A stretch of DNA of 64,000 nt from Octopus sinensis (Eukaryota): assembly GCF_006345805.1 (NCBI RefSeq), contig NW_021835992.1, positions 310,001 through 374,000 of the forward strand, written 5' to 3'. Position numbers and translations under genes: made by a program. Each line of letters begins with the position of its first letter. The first letter of the stretch is position 1. Of this stretch, positions 39,637 to 51,544 are shown one piece after another. The notes beneath the pieces were generated by a model. The model saw nothing but the letters and a program-made list of their open reading frames with translations, ran no database searches and was not told the origin of the DNA.

Positions 39637-41171
39637 CAGTGAAACCTCTCGAATCCGCTGCTTCTCGAATCCGCCGCTTCTCGAATCCGCTTGTTTTAAT
39701 CAAAAATTTGAAATTTCTTATGAATGATTCTTGAATCCGCTTGTTTCTCGAATCCGCTCCTCAAGTATTATGAAAAATAATTTTTTATTAACATTTTAAA
39801 ATTTTCATTACACGTTAAATTGTATTTTTGTGATGCGTCGTTGTGTTAGACTTTCCATCAACGAAAAAATTTCTATACTACGTTATATTTCTGACAACCC
39901 ATTTGTTTCTGCACCTCAAATTTCCAGGATTTTTTCTTCACGATTAAAAAAGAAAATTTTTCCGAAAACTATAAACGACCTTAAATCAAAATCGGACCTT
40001 TTGAATAGGACTGATATCAAAAAATTAAACATAATGAGAATTCCAAAACTCAAATTTAATGAAATTAATGTAGCGATGATAACATGGATTAACTTAATGG
40101 AATCTAGTGGAGCAATTCTATCAGATTCGATGTTAATTACAAAAGCTCTTAAATTTGGAAAAAATTTTCCAGAATTTAAAGCAAGTCGTGGGTGGCTAGA
40201 AAAGTTTAAATTTTTTTTTTTTGCCGTTGATTTATATTTGAACAAGAAAGAAATTAAAGATAGCTAAGTTAATTAAAGGCCTCACGAGACACCTGGCCAC
40301 CCTCGCGAATGGCGAAGCCGTTCCCTCTGATCACAGCAATTGACAGACGTTCCAGGAGCCAAGAAAACTCTCTTGGATCGTGGCTAGTCCTTGAAATCCG
40401 TCGACCGAGCGAGCGAAGGAAGCGGAGTGTCTTGGGGCCGAAGATCCCGGAGGACTCCACGGCAATTGGAGTAAAGTTTAAATTACGAAATGGTATCAAG
40501 TCAGAAAATTGCATGGAGACACTGGGTCAGTAAATCATGATGAAAAATCTATTGCTGATTTTAATGAAACAATCAGTTTAAAAACTGAACAATATGGATT
40601 GGACAATGTCTATAATTCAGATGAAAGTGGTGTTTTTTACAAGGAGATTTCTTCTAAACATGTGTGCACTAAATCAAGGCCTGGAATAAAGTTATTGAAG
40701 GATCGATTTTCTTCACTATTATGCGCAAATTGTTCTGGTTCCGATAAAAGAAGGCCTGTAATGATAGGAAGATTTAAAAGTCCAAGATGTTTTAAAAATT
40801 TCAACATTGGAAAATATGTTACCTACACCCATTCCAATAAGACATGGATGAACCGTGAAATTTTTAACAAGTGGCTCAGTTATTTTGATTGTGAACTTGC
40901 GAAGCAAAAAAGAAAAATTCTACTTGCAATAGATAGATGATCTCTAAAATATTATGCGAATTGAGGAAATGTTATAAAATTTCTGATAATTTAAATATAA
41001 ATAATTTGTGTATTCAGTCATTTGTATATAAAAAGAAATATTTAATCTATATTGTAAGTTCATGTTTTAAGTATAAAAATTTATTTAAATTGCCTCTCGA
41101 ATCCGCCGATTTCTCTAATCCGCCGATTTTTTGGTCGGTCCCAAAATCGGCGGATTAGAGAGGTTTTACTG
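39637..41171 (+). mobile_element. Tigger/pogo element, internally deleted
   Basis: TA-flanked TIRs CAGTGAAACCTCT / AGAGGTTTTACTG; CENP-B HTH and DDE start (VYNSDESG); near-identical to 60084-61624. Confidence 0.92.
40213..40472 (-). mobile_element. CRE family A insertion with poly(A) and TSD inside Tigger
   Basis: AAAGTTTAAATT at 40201-40212 and 40473-40484; the empty site is visible in the second Tigger at ~61040-61060. Confidence 0.92.
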
Positions 41172-41258
41172 TAACTAGACGACCAAATAACATGTTTTAA
41201 TAAAAATGAACTTTAGAGGTGAGTCTTTTAGTAATTATTAAGCAATTAATTTGAGTAA

Positions 41259-41580
41259 TTATAAACCAGAATTATGTAGAAGAGAGTCGACGAGGGTTAT
41301 ATATCTCCTCATGGCCTCCTCCTGAGTGAGGTCCATGTTGGAATTCCAGGCATTCCATTTGGCACGTTCTCTGTAGTGGAGAACACTGGGGCACTCTGAA
41401 ATAGCCATAGTGGCACACCTGTATTGCAGTTCCCCACAATGGCCTGTTTGTACAGTCCGTAGAGTTCCTTCAATTCGCTGTCTGTGGGTCTTTTAGCCAG
41501 GTTCTTCACAGCTTCGGCCTTTTCCTCAAAATTCTATTTAATTAGAAATTAAACACAACCTGCTGCAACTGGTCTGACAT
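41259..41580 (-). CDS. DBI: Acyl-CoA-binding protein (DBI family)
   Basis: MSDQLQQ|NFEEKAEAVKNLAKRPTDSELKELYGLYKQAIVGNCNT|ECPSVLHYRERAKWNAW...QEEAMRRYITLVDSL; introns 26 and 23 nt. Confidence 0.92.
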
Positions 41581-41859
41581 GCTACTAATTATTTAAAATA
41601 TTATTTTATTTTAAATGATCGAAAATATAACAACATTAAGAATAAATGAGCAAAGTGATAAAGCAGATTAATATTTTGTATTGATGACAGTCAAAATAAA
41701 TTAAGTGGGGCAGTTAGTCTTCCCAGCAACACTAATTCAGTCAGTGACTAACTGTACTGATATGCTGTTTCTTCTAAATTTACAAAATATTACAAATGTC
41801 TCAAATTTATTCTTAACATGGAATAAAGTTATGATGATTCCGAAAATATTATAATAAAT

Positions 41860-42290
41860 TGATATCGATTAATCGAAGGGAAGGCCTGTGAATCGCCAAA
41901 CTGTTCCCCCGGATAACGGCGATCGAGAACCGTTGCAATAGCCAGTCCAGCTCCCGAAGAGTACGCATTGAGATTTTGACTCCGAGCTTGCGGAGGAACT
42001 TTTCAGTCTTCGGACCAAGAGCACCCGACGTCTCCACCGCTATCGGAACCAGGAAAAACTTTTCTGAAAGGGCAGAATATTTGGAAAGCTTTATATCTTC
42101 AGCCTTCTTAGCAGCTGATTTAGCCTCCAGAGCACACGAGGTTAGATGTGAAGCAGAAAAAGGTTGCGTCCCATACGAGGCCTTTTCCACCCTCAAAAGG
42201 GAAAAGGGTCATCCCGTCAGGACGTATCCCGTCACCCCGGTCAAGACCCGGTGGTTCGAGAACCGAAGAAAATCCCGCCGAGTCGAGTTT
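41860..42290 (-). mobile_element. CRE family B fragment
   Basis: [22 protein letters not shown]...QRFSIAVIRGNSLAI; similar to 21190-21655. Confidence 0.85.
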
Positions 42291-42490
42291 TTCAGCGGGT
42301 TTTTCCTTATGGATGTACAGTCCAAAATGGGAGAGAGATTTTCTGTTAAAAATTTTAAAATTTGTTAAAAGTTTATTTTATATTAATAATTATATAGTTT
42401 GTCTAAATTTATTTAATATTGTTTGAATTACTTGGAATACCCATTAGAATAAACAAATTATTCAATTTGAACATTATAGTCTTTAGTGAT

Positions 42491-42865
42491 ATGAATTCCG
42501 AAACATTCTCTGACGAAGATCCTCTTGAATTAGTGGAATGTCCCTATGACAAAGACCACAAGGTTTGCAGAAAAAATCTAGGTAGACACATCCTCGCCTG
42601 CCGGAAAGTATTACGTTATAAATCAGACTAGAATCCACTTACCCTCAAAAAACAAAAAACAGACCACTTTATATGTGCCTACAACAACACCCACGTGCTT
42701 CCCATCTCAGAGAAGGAAGAACATATGGCTACCTGTCCGGATAGGATTCAGTTTTTGAAGCACACAGAAAACTGTTCTTTGCTTATTTTACTTCGTATAG
42801 GCAAGAAAAGTGAATATTTGTGTGAAGATTTGGACAAAAAACTTGGAAACGATAATGATTGGTAG
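42491..42865 (+). CDS. GTSF1: Gametocyte-specific factor 1 / Asterix (two CHHC U11-48K zinc fingers)
   Basis: CPYDKDH-x9-H-x3-C and CAYNNTH-x9-H-x3-C, acidic tail ending NDW; introns 24 nt and probably 27 nt. Confidence 0.85.
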
Positions 42866-43639
42866 TTTTTTTAGTTCTTATTTTTCCTTTTTTTAAATGT
42901 TTCTTACTAAAATAGCTCAAAACAAATAAATTGCGAATAATAGAATTGGGTAATAAAATGGGCTCGACATTTGTGGTGAAAGATAACACTTAAATAATTT
43001 GGTATTTGTTTGAAAAGTATTGGACTATTTTTAATTATATAAACTGTTATGTAATCGAATAATGAATTACCAACATAGGAAATTAGATAGTGTAGTATTC
43101 ATAAGGTACGGAGAAACCATTTGTAGAATAGATAAAATAGATTCACAGGTTGGACAGACGTCGACTATTTAGAGAAAGGCATTAAGATTCACAAACAAGT
43201 TATTTTGCAGTAATCCAAAGCCTTGTACTCTACATGTAGCTTTAGGAAATGAACTGACTACTGAATGAAACAAATGACACTAATTAGAGATAAAAATGGA
43301 ACAAGGAAATATTAGAATAAATAATCAGGGCAGTTAATTTCTATTATCTAACAGGAACACGTATTTAATTAGTAGCAGAGGATAAGATGGAATTCTAATT
43401 TCTTGTAAGTAAGCTATTTGCTTTCTCGGTTCTTAATGTTGCCGAGTAATTTCAATATTTATTTATCTAAACAAAGTCCCAAGATAAAACGTTAATTTGA
43501 AAGAGTTTTCTGTTTATATAACCAAACCTACTGCGAGAATATTTGATGACTTATTCGTGTAGTTCGTTTTCGTTGAGATATAAAAAAATTAACCCAACTA
43601 TTTAACTTAAACTAAACAATAAAAGCACTAAAACTTTTT

Positions 43640-43800
43640 GTTACAAACACAAATTACATAATTTTCTGAATTTTTGTTGGATCTTAAAAAACTTTTTATC
43701 GCAGAGAAAAATCTTTCAACGAACACAAAGTTGGCTGACAATTCAGGAGTAGTGAATACTCGGCAGGAGATATGGCAAGCTTGAGAGTTCCCTGATGTTA
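43640..43800 (-). mobile_element. hAT dimerisation-domain relic
   Basis: PELSANFVFVERFFSAIKSF. Confidence 0.4.
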
Positions 43801-44519
43801 TCATTGTTGACAACTTTAGACTTTTAATATAATTTTTCATTTAATCCGAAGAATTTGTTAGCCTGTCAGATTCTCTCTGTACAAACACACAAAACATCCA
43901 CCGTTTTTTACCTGTCAGAAAACGAAAATGTTTGGTTAGAATAGCTCTTAACTATTTGTTGCTAATCAATTAAGATTCCATAGTCATTGTGTTATTCAAC
44001 TGTCTTGTTCTTAACCTGAATGTCAGAAATAGCTAATACTCATCATCCTGCTTCCAATTCTCATAATAAACCTATTCTAAATCCTATAGAGGAGTCACCT
44101 GTGGCAAACAAACGAGCCATCTCAGTATTGATTTTTGCTGTACTTGACGACAGCGTTGGTTCTTTTCTAAAATGTGGTCAGGTTGTCCAGTGTGAGGGAC
44201 TGCAGGTTTAATCCTTCTCCAAAGTCATTTATTATGGTTATCTTCATGGATGACTACATCAAGGCAACGGGAAGGTCTCGGATGGATGTTAAAAAGACCA
44301 CATGGTCATAATTACGACAGGACTGGCCGGAAAGGTGGTTGCCTTTCATCCCACGTGTGAGGGAAGAAAAATTCAGGTTCTCCGTTTAAAAAATGTAGAA
44401 ATTCAAAAAATTTTATTATCTAAATTTTTTTCTAAAAATCATATTGTTTTCAAACGATTTCTATGTACATTTTTAACTAAATCGTAATTCATATCTTTAA
44501 GCTCGCACGTATCCTTAGC

Positions 44520-45250
44520 CACTTGGGATATTAGTATATAGTTGATTCGATTTGACCATACAACGGGTATTTTTAATTATTCGGATTTTCATCAATATCA
44601 TGTCTGAATAGTACATTATCTCCTACTTCTAAGCTTTCATCCAATTTACATTTCAGCCTCCTTTTCATTTTTTTCTCCGGCGAAAACATGGCTTTCATAC
44701 ACACTTTGTTGATTCAAACGATCGTCATTCTTTTCGAAATAATCGGATCGAATTCCCCTACTTCATTTCCATGGAATAGTAATAACGCTGATCTTATTTC
44801 CTTCGGGATTAGATTATTTCTCCGCATAAAAATTTCAAAACGTGTCATTTTGGTCGTTTTATGCTTTGGCGTGTTATATTTATGAATGATTTTTTGATAA
44901 AAATCTCTGTAGCTTCCAAAAGACCCATTTGATGCACTAGTGGAGCTAATCCACCTTTTGATCGATTGATTGAATCTAAAGATAAATTTACAAATAACTT
45001 GCCCCTAAATCCATGGTGCTTTAGGGAGTCCACTTATGATTTTGATATCACTACACATTGATTCCAAACATTTTTTCTTAAATACTTTCCCATTATCAGT
45101 CTGTGAAATGAATGGGGACCAATCATTAAAAAAATATTCCTTAATTCGTCTCATCCTAGTAGTCTTCTTTATCTCTCCAGGGAGACTTGAATTTAGATTT
45201 GAGTTTTATTCTTCCGCATATTTTAGCAGAGGTTTTAGCAGTTTTACGAG
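44520..45250 (-). mobile_element. Second Ginger/KRBA2-type integrase pseudogene
   Basis: QTDNGKVF, PWI*GQV..RFNQSIKRW, KYNTPKHKTTKMT and tail LEVGDNVLFRHDIDENP. Confidence 0.7.
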
Positions 45251-45441
45251 TCTCAGCAATGTTTGTATTTAAAATGTTTTATCGGAGCACTCCTGACAAC
45301 AAGCGGGATATCGTTCCACAATTCATCAGGCATCTTTCGGTTCAAATCCTTCAATCTTCCTGCAATATCCGCATGTGGCTAATCACCTACTTTTGAGTTA
45401 AATCCCCCATTATTTAGACTATGTCTTTTTGGGTATCAGTT

Positions 45442-45975
45442 CTATGCCATTTCCCAAACTAAATTGGGATTAACACCAAACTAAGTGGGATTAATACCAA
45501 ACAATATGGGATCAATAGCAAACTAAATGGGATTAACACCAAAAAAGCAAAATGGTCTGTTTTCCGATTGAAATTTTTAACATTTTTAACAAATTCCTTT
45601 CTGTGGATTTTTTAATTTCAAAATTAGCTTTTTTAGGCTCGAATCTCAATTTCTTTAATGTATACAAACTTAGATCAAGATGTTGAGCGATACTTGATTT
45701 TGATAATTTCGAAAAAATTAATTCAAATTTTCGTTTTATTCGATGAAGTGTAATTTTGCTATTGTCTTCAATGCATGATATAAAAAATCGACATGTTCTT
45801 TGTCAAACTTTTTTCTATAATTTCCACCTCTCGTGTCGAGTTTAACTCCATCCCTTATTCAACGATATGCTGTTGTTCTCGAAATATTTACTTAGCTTGA
45901 AGTTAATCTTACTTAGTTTCCTGCTAATCCCACTTAGTTAGGTGTTAATCCCATTTAGTATTGGAAATGGTATAG
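45442..45975. mobile_element. MITE with repeat-built TIRs
   Basis: Inverted ends CTAT(G/A)CCATTTCC..ACTAAATGGGATTAACACC with tandem GGGATTAA(C/T)ACC subrepeats; TSD not identified. Confidence 0.6.
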
Positions 45976-47084
45976 TGCTTCTTGAAATTCATAATACAAT
46001 TTGTCAATCTTATCATTCTTGGCATTATTTTGGATGAACCAATCACCTACCAATAACAACGGAAACGGACAGTTTTTTAAGGCAAAGATTTATATTTTTG
46101 AACAAAGTGTCATAGTCCGCTGTTCTGTGACAAAAATTCGTTTTTTATTTAAAATTTAGGTGATGGTTGAACTCACTTTTGAAGCCGACTTATTTCAATT
46201 TCAGGTTAAATTCTTCCAGGAAATCCGCTCTTTGGCCGTTCATTTGTCTCTTTTAGACTTGAAATCTTCCAATATTGCTCGAGTCGATCACTAAACGTTA
46301 TTCAGCGTTGATTTGCAAATTATTTGCTCGAGTCGATCACGTTTTGAGTTTATTTACAAAAATTTGTCATTTTGAGGACTTTTTGTCTAAAATCGTTTAT
46401 GTTAGACTGGAAGAGCACGATTTAGGGCAGAGATATACGCATTTCGCCACTTTCGTCTTCGTCAGGAATATTGAAATCAGGTTTTGTCTTAAAATTGATT
46501 AAACATGCAATACCTCTTTGCAGATTTTATTTTTGAAGGGATTATTGCAGAATTCACTATTTTTGTTAGTCTTTTACTTTTTCTGCCAGCCTTGCTTCTT
46601 GTTCACTATTTGTGACTGAATAAAAGGATCTGGCATTTAAATATTTCTCTGATTTGACAAAATGAGTATCAGAAGGATTTTTCTTAAGTTTTTGATAAGA
46701 ATTGATTTTAGAACGCATAACAAATTAGTTATTTATCAATTCTGAATGACTGGCTGTCGATTGGAGTATCGGTGAATGCCGCCAGAAAGGAAACCAACCA
46801 AGCAGTACTGGTTGTTGAATCTACCACATTTTATTACAACCGAAGCTTGTATAGGTTTGCCGCTAGCAGTTTCCTGGATGAACATGAAGAACTACAAAAC
46901 TGGTAATTGAATTTTGGACCGCCGTCAACCTCTCCTTCCCCTTTTGATCTCCAGATGGAGGGATTGGGACAAGATCTGGTCAGCACACTTCTTTTCCATG
47001 TTACAGCCGCTTCTGGAACAAGACCGCCTGGTTTGGTTACTTTCCGCCAGGCCGTTCGCCTTGGGAAAGATAAGGGACCTTATC

Positions 47085-47400
47085 CAATCTTTTTATTGTG
47101 CAATACACAAATATTCTCCTGCATCAAAAACTTTACCATCAGAGATGAAGATTGTCTTCGATCAAATAATAAAAATAATTAATATTATTCGTTCAAGAGC
47201 AGTTAATCATAGAATTTTTTAGAAGCTGACAGAAGAACTTGGATCAGAACATTCAATTTTGTCATTCAGAAGTCAGATGGCTTTCACGGGGAAAGGTTTT
47301 GACAAGAATTGTTGAGTTGTCTGATGCTATTTCAATGTTTTTGAAAAATAATAATCATTTTGATTTAATATCGTTTAAAAACAGTACATTAATGGAATTC
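47085..47400 (+). mobile_element. hAT (Charlie/ZBED5-like) transposase relic
   Basis: CAIHKYSPASKTLP...IIKIINIIRSRAVNHRIF and EVRWLSRGKVLTR. Confidence 0.75.
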
Positions 47401-47899
47401 TGATGTGAACTAAGAACTGTATATCCATTACTCAGTTCAATAGCACGAGAGAAGATAATTCCATTTCACATCTTGCATAATAAAGTCAAATTATCGAAAT
47501 CTTCTTAAAGTAGATGATTTGCGTATTGCCCTATCTGAGACAAAGCCGAACATTGATATTTTAATCATGGAAAAGAATGAGTTGAAACATGGAAAAGAAT
47601 GATTCACTGTACTTTATTGCTGCAATTCTATTGGAAAAAAGTTGAGCCTTAATTGTTAAAAAATTTGCAAGAGAAACGCAAGATTCTGCTGAATTGCTTA
47701 ATGAATTTTACGACTTTCGACTTGATTTTATGAAAAATCAAAAGCGGCGTTGAGCGCGCGATTAACAATGCATTTGGAGTGAATTTAAATTTTGCGCCTA
47801 TAATATTTAGACAAGCTACCTCCTGGAATACACTCAGTTTTAATTTACGAATAGTCTTAATTTTGTTTGCAGGACCTTACCGAAAGGTCGATTTCTATG

Positions 47900-50800
47900 T
47901 AAGATCTATATTTAATTCATTATTTAAAGAATGACCGCTTCAAAGTGTTCTGCGAAAGAACTGGAGAGTTTACTAAAATTCTTGACAGCTAATGTCTGTC
48001 TTAAGTTTGAGGTTATCTGAAATTTATCTAAGACCTATTCCCGGAAATTGTCGGTTCAGAAATGGACAGTTTTCCCAAAGTTGAGTTTGTAGACATTTAG
48101 CTAGAGTTGCTGCGTTTTTAAAAATCTCATAATCGTCGTTCTGTTCATAAACATGTTCAAAAAAGACTAAAAATAAACTCCCAATTTTCACATCAACTGA
48201 TTCTTGCACCGATGCGGAGAAGGTTATAAAAATCTTGAATAATTCGGAAAACCTTAATTTTCAAGGAACCCAACACAGCTTGGATAACACTGCGATTAAA
48301 ATTTGCAAACACCAGTTTATTTTATCTGAAGCGGTTTTTATTCTTTTTTTGATGGGAAAACGAATCGAAAAATTTTCTTTTAGTTCGTTGAGAGTTTTTT
48401 CCTCACTTCGTCGTAGTGGAAAGTCTTGAAATACTGAAAAATAGATAACCCTCAATAACTGAAATCAACACTTATAAAACAAACCAGAGCCTCCAAGGAG
48501 TTATCATTTTTCAACAATTTTCATTGTTTTAAAGCTTACATAGTATTTAGCCATTAGAATTCTCAAACCTTGAAATGAGATTTTTATAGTAACTTGTTTT
48601 TTGTATCCTTTGGTTGTCTACTTGGACTATATTTTCATTTTTCATTTCATCAAAATTTTTTTGACAGTTTTCTAAAATAAAAATTCAAATATTTTTTTTA
48701 CTTATTAAATTGTTTCTTATTTCTTCAGGAGAACTTGAATCAGGAGAACTTTCTTCAGGAGAACTTGAATTAAAAATTAAGCCTAACTGTTTTAATAAAA
48801 ATGTTTGCTCTTTACCACAAAATTTCGGATTTTTTACACAGCAAACGAGAATAAAGGTCGATCTAATTCAGGAAAATAACTCGTCAAATTTGTAATTGTC
48901 TCGATTGTCACTTCCACGTTGATATACACTCCATGTAATAAAAAACCGGATTTTCAAATGCTTAATTTTTTTGATATTCTGTTTTTAATTTTAGACTTTT
49001 TGTTTAATTTATAATGATAATCTTCGTAACTTTTCTTTTTATAATTTTTCAATAATTTTTTTGTACAGCTAAACTGACTATATTAAATTTTTTCTGTGTA
49101 AAAAAAACCGGATTAGAAAAAAAGTCAAATGATTAATAATTAATGTGTCCTCTATTTGCCTTATAAAGCTCAATGCTTCTTTTTGGCATGCTTTCAGTTA
49201 ATTTTCTCAGAAATTCCATTGGTATTTCGTCCCAAATTTTTATGATATTTTCGCATAAATCTTTTTTACTATGCAGCATTTTTTTTACTCAATTCTTCCT
49301 TTATGTAGCTCCACACATGTTCAATTGGGTTCAAATCTGGTGATTGTATTGCCCAATTTAATAATTCAATTTTTTCTCATTCAAAAATTGTTTTGTTCTT
49401 TGTGAATTATGACAGGGGGCAAAATCTTGTTGGAAAATAAAACGATTTAGCCCCATTTTATCTACCGATTTTCACAAATTATTTATTAAAATGTTGATAT
49501 ATACAGCAGAATTTATTTTTTCATTTACTATAACCAAATTCCCCTTTCCATGATAGGAAATACAACCCCATATCATAATTCTTCCACCACCAAACTTCAA
49601 AGTTGGAGTTAAATGGGCATAATTTAAGGCTTTATTTTTTTTCTAAAGCAAAATTTTATTTTTTTAGATGAAAAAATTTCAAAGGAAGCCTCGTCACTCT
49701 ATATAACAGTTCTCCACGTTTCATTGCTTATAGCAGAAAAGATTATTGAAAGCTCATATTGTTTTTCACTATTTTTTTTTGCTAAAAAAGGTTTTCTTTT
49801 ACACACATGCTTTGTAATGATTTTCATGTAGATAATTGCTTATTGTTTTTTTGCAGACAACTTTTCCTGTAAAATCGAAGACTTCTTCTTTCAGGTTGGC
49901 CAGTGTTTTTTTGGATTTTCTTTCACAATGTTGACAAGTTTACAAATATCTGAGTTAGAGAGCTTTTTGGGTCTTCAAGAACCAGGTATACGATCAACAG
50001 TCCCTTTTTTATTTAACTTATTCAGAAAATCATTGAGAGTCGAAGTTGGAATATTCAGCTCCTCAACAATCTTCTTTTGTGTCCAATTTAATTGAATGAG
50101 AGCTAGAGTCTTTCCTTTAGTGATTTTATCAAGCATTTTTTTCAAATACCTAAAAATTGGCTTAGCAACAGACTAATCAAAAAAAATCCGGTTTTTTAAT
50201 ACACGCTAAGATTTTATCAAGATCAATTATTCAAATATACATTATAATTTTAAAAATAGTAAAAAGATACAACAAACGATTGCTGAAAAGTAATTTAAAA
50301 ATTGATATACATTTAAAAAAATACTAGTAAAAACATGCAAACTTGAAAATCCGGTTTTTTATTACATGGAGTGTACTCAGTTAAGCACTGTCCCTACCTT
50401 AGATATTGCTTATATTTAAACAACCGACTTTCCAAAAACTGAGATTCGTCTACAAACCTTTGGTATTTTTCCACCAAGTTCTCCTTAATCATAAAACCGC
50501 AGTGGCACAGTCATCGCACTGTGGCCTGCATGCCCAACCCATCATCAATTGCCAGTCGTCGTAAGGTTTTATTTGGCCATTGTTGTGATGGAAAGTCGAC
50601 TTAATTATAACCAAGTGGCCTGGGAGGTTGATTCCTCGAGACAGACTGGATGTGCAAACTAGAATATGGTTGGTTAACGAAAAATCGACAAGAGTTGAAC
50701 ATTTCTTTAAACAAACGGCGATCATCGTGATCTAATCCCGCGTAATGATGGCCTATTCCCTTACGGACGTAATTTTGGTTGAAATGTACTTTTTAATTCA

Positions 50801-51300
50801 TTGTCCTTTATTTTGTCGGGAAAATTGTCAAGCTGAGACAAAATACTCATATCGGTAACAAAACATTCGTTTATTAGCACATTTGCCGCCATTAATGTAC
50901 TTTTACAAATCGAACAGAACTTGAGAATATACAATCAGAGTTGGCTTATTATTGGAGTATTTTCGAATGATATTTTCCAGCTTATAATTAAGGGATATGT
51001 CAAATTTAAAGTCTACACTTCGATAACCTTGAGAAAAACCCAAAACTAGGACGGTCTGAAGTGACGTGACCATTCTACCAATTCTGGATTTCTCAATCTG
51101 AAAGCAACGTCGAATGAACTAATTTGAGTATTTTCATTGAATTTTTGAGGAAATGCAATCCTTCTTTTGTAAAATAAAGAAATTTCAAGAGTGGCTTTCT
51201 CAAACACAGGTAATCGATTGCATAGATGTAATCATCGGAGATCTAAATTCAAAGTATCTGAAATTCAGCTGTTCTAGCAATGGCATAAATTTGATTGCAT
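47900..51300 (-). pseudogene. HFM1: HFM1/MER3 meiotic DExH helicase, degenerate and interrupted by Tc1
   Basis: VLGFSQGYRSVDFKFDISLNYKLENIIRKYSNNKPTLI, GHHYAGLDHDDR, CTSSLSRGINLPGHLVIIKST, Sec63 part EEKTLNELK..IRFPIKKRIKT and LAKCLQTQLWEN; motif VI reads MGWACRPQ, with frameshifts and stops. Confidence 0.8.
48927..50373 (-). mobile_element. Tc1-like transposon (IR-DR ends), defective
   Basis: TA-flanked TIRs CACTCCATGTAATAAAAAACCGGATTTTCAA; the AAAAAACCGGATT motif recurs ~160 bp inside each end; SDEASF, QQDFAPCH and SPDLNPIEHVW motifs. Confidence 0.92.
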
Positions 51301-51544
51301 CCAGATTTGGCGTCTGTTTAATACACAGTGTTATAAACCAGTTTGTTACACGAAAAATAATTAAAATTAGCGAGCAGTAACAATATTAACCAATAATTAT
51401 AACGAAGACGCAACATCATCGGGCTGACTAAATTCATCCAATGAATTACAAAATAAACAATGATTTACAAAATATAAAAGAAAGAATCATTGGGAGATAT
51501 AAAATAAAGTCTAGGACCACACACCACTCCACCCATCACGCTCC

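Noticed and set aside
46760-47080. GC-richer block considered as an LTR plus primer-binding site
   Set aside because: No second LTR, clear tRNA-complementary PBS or gag/pol remnant was found.
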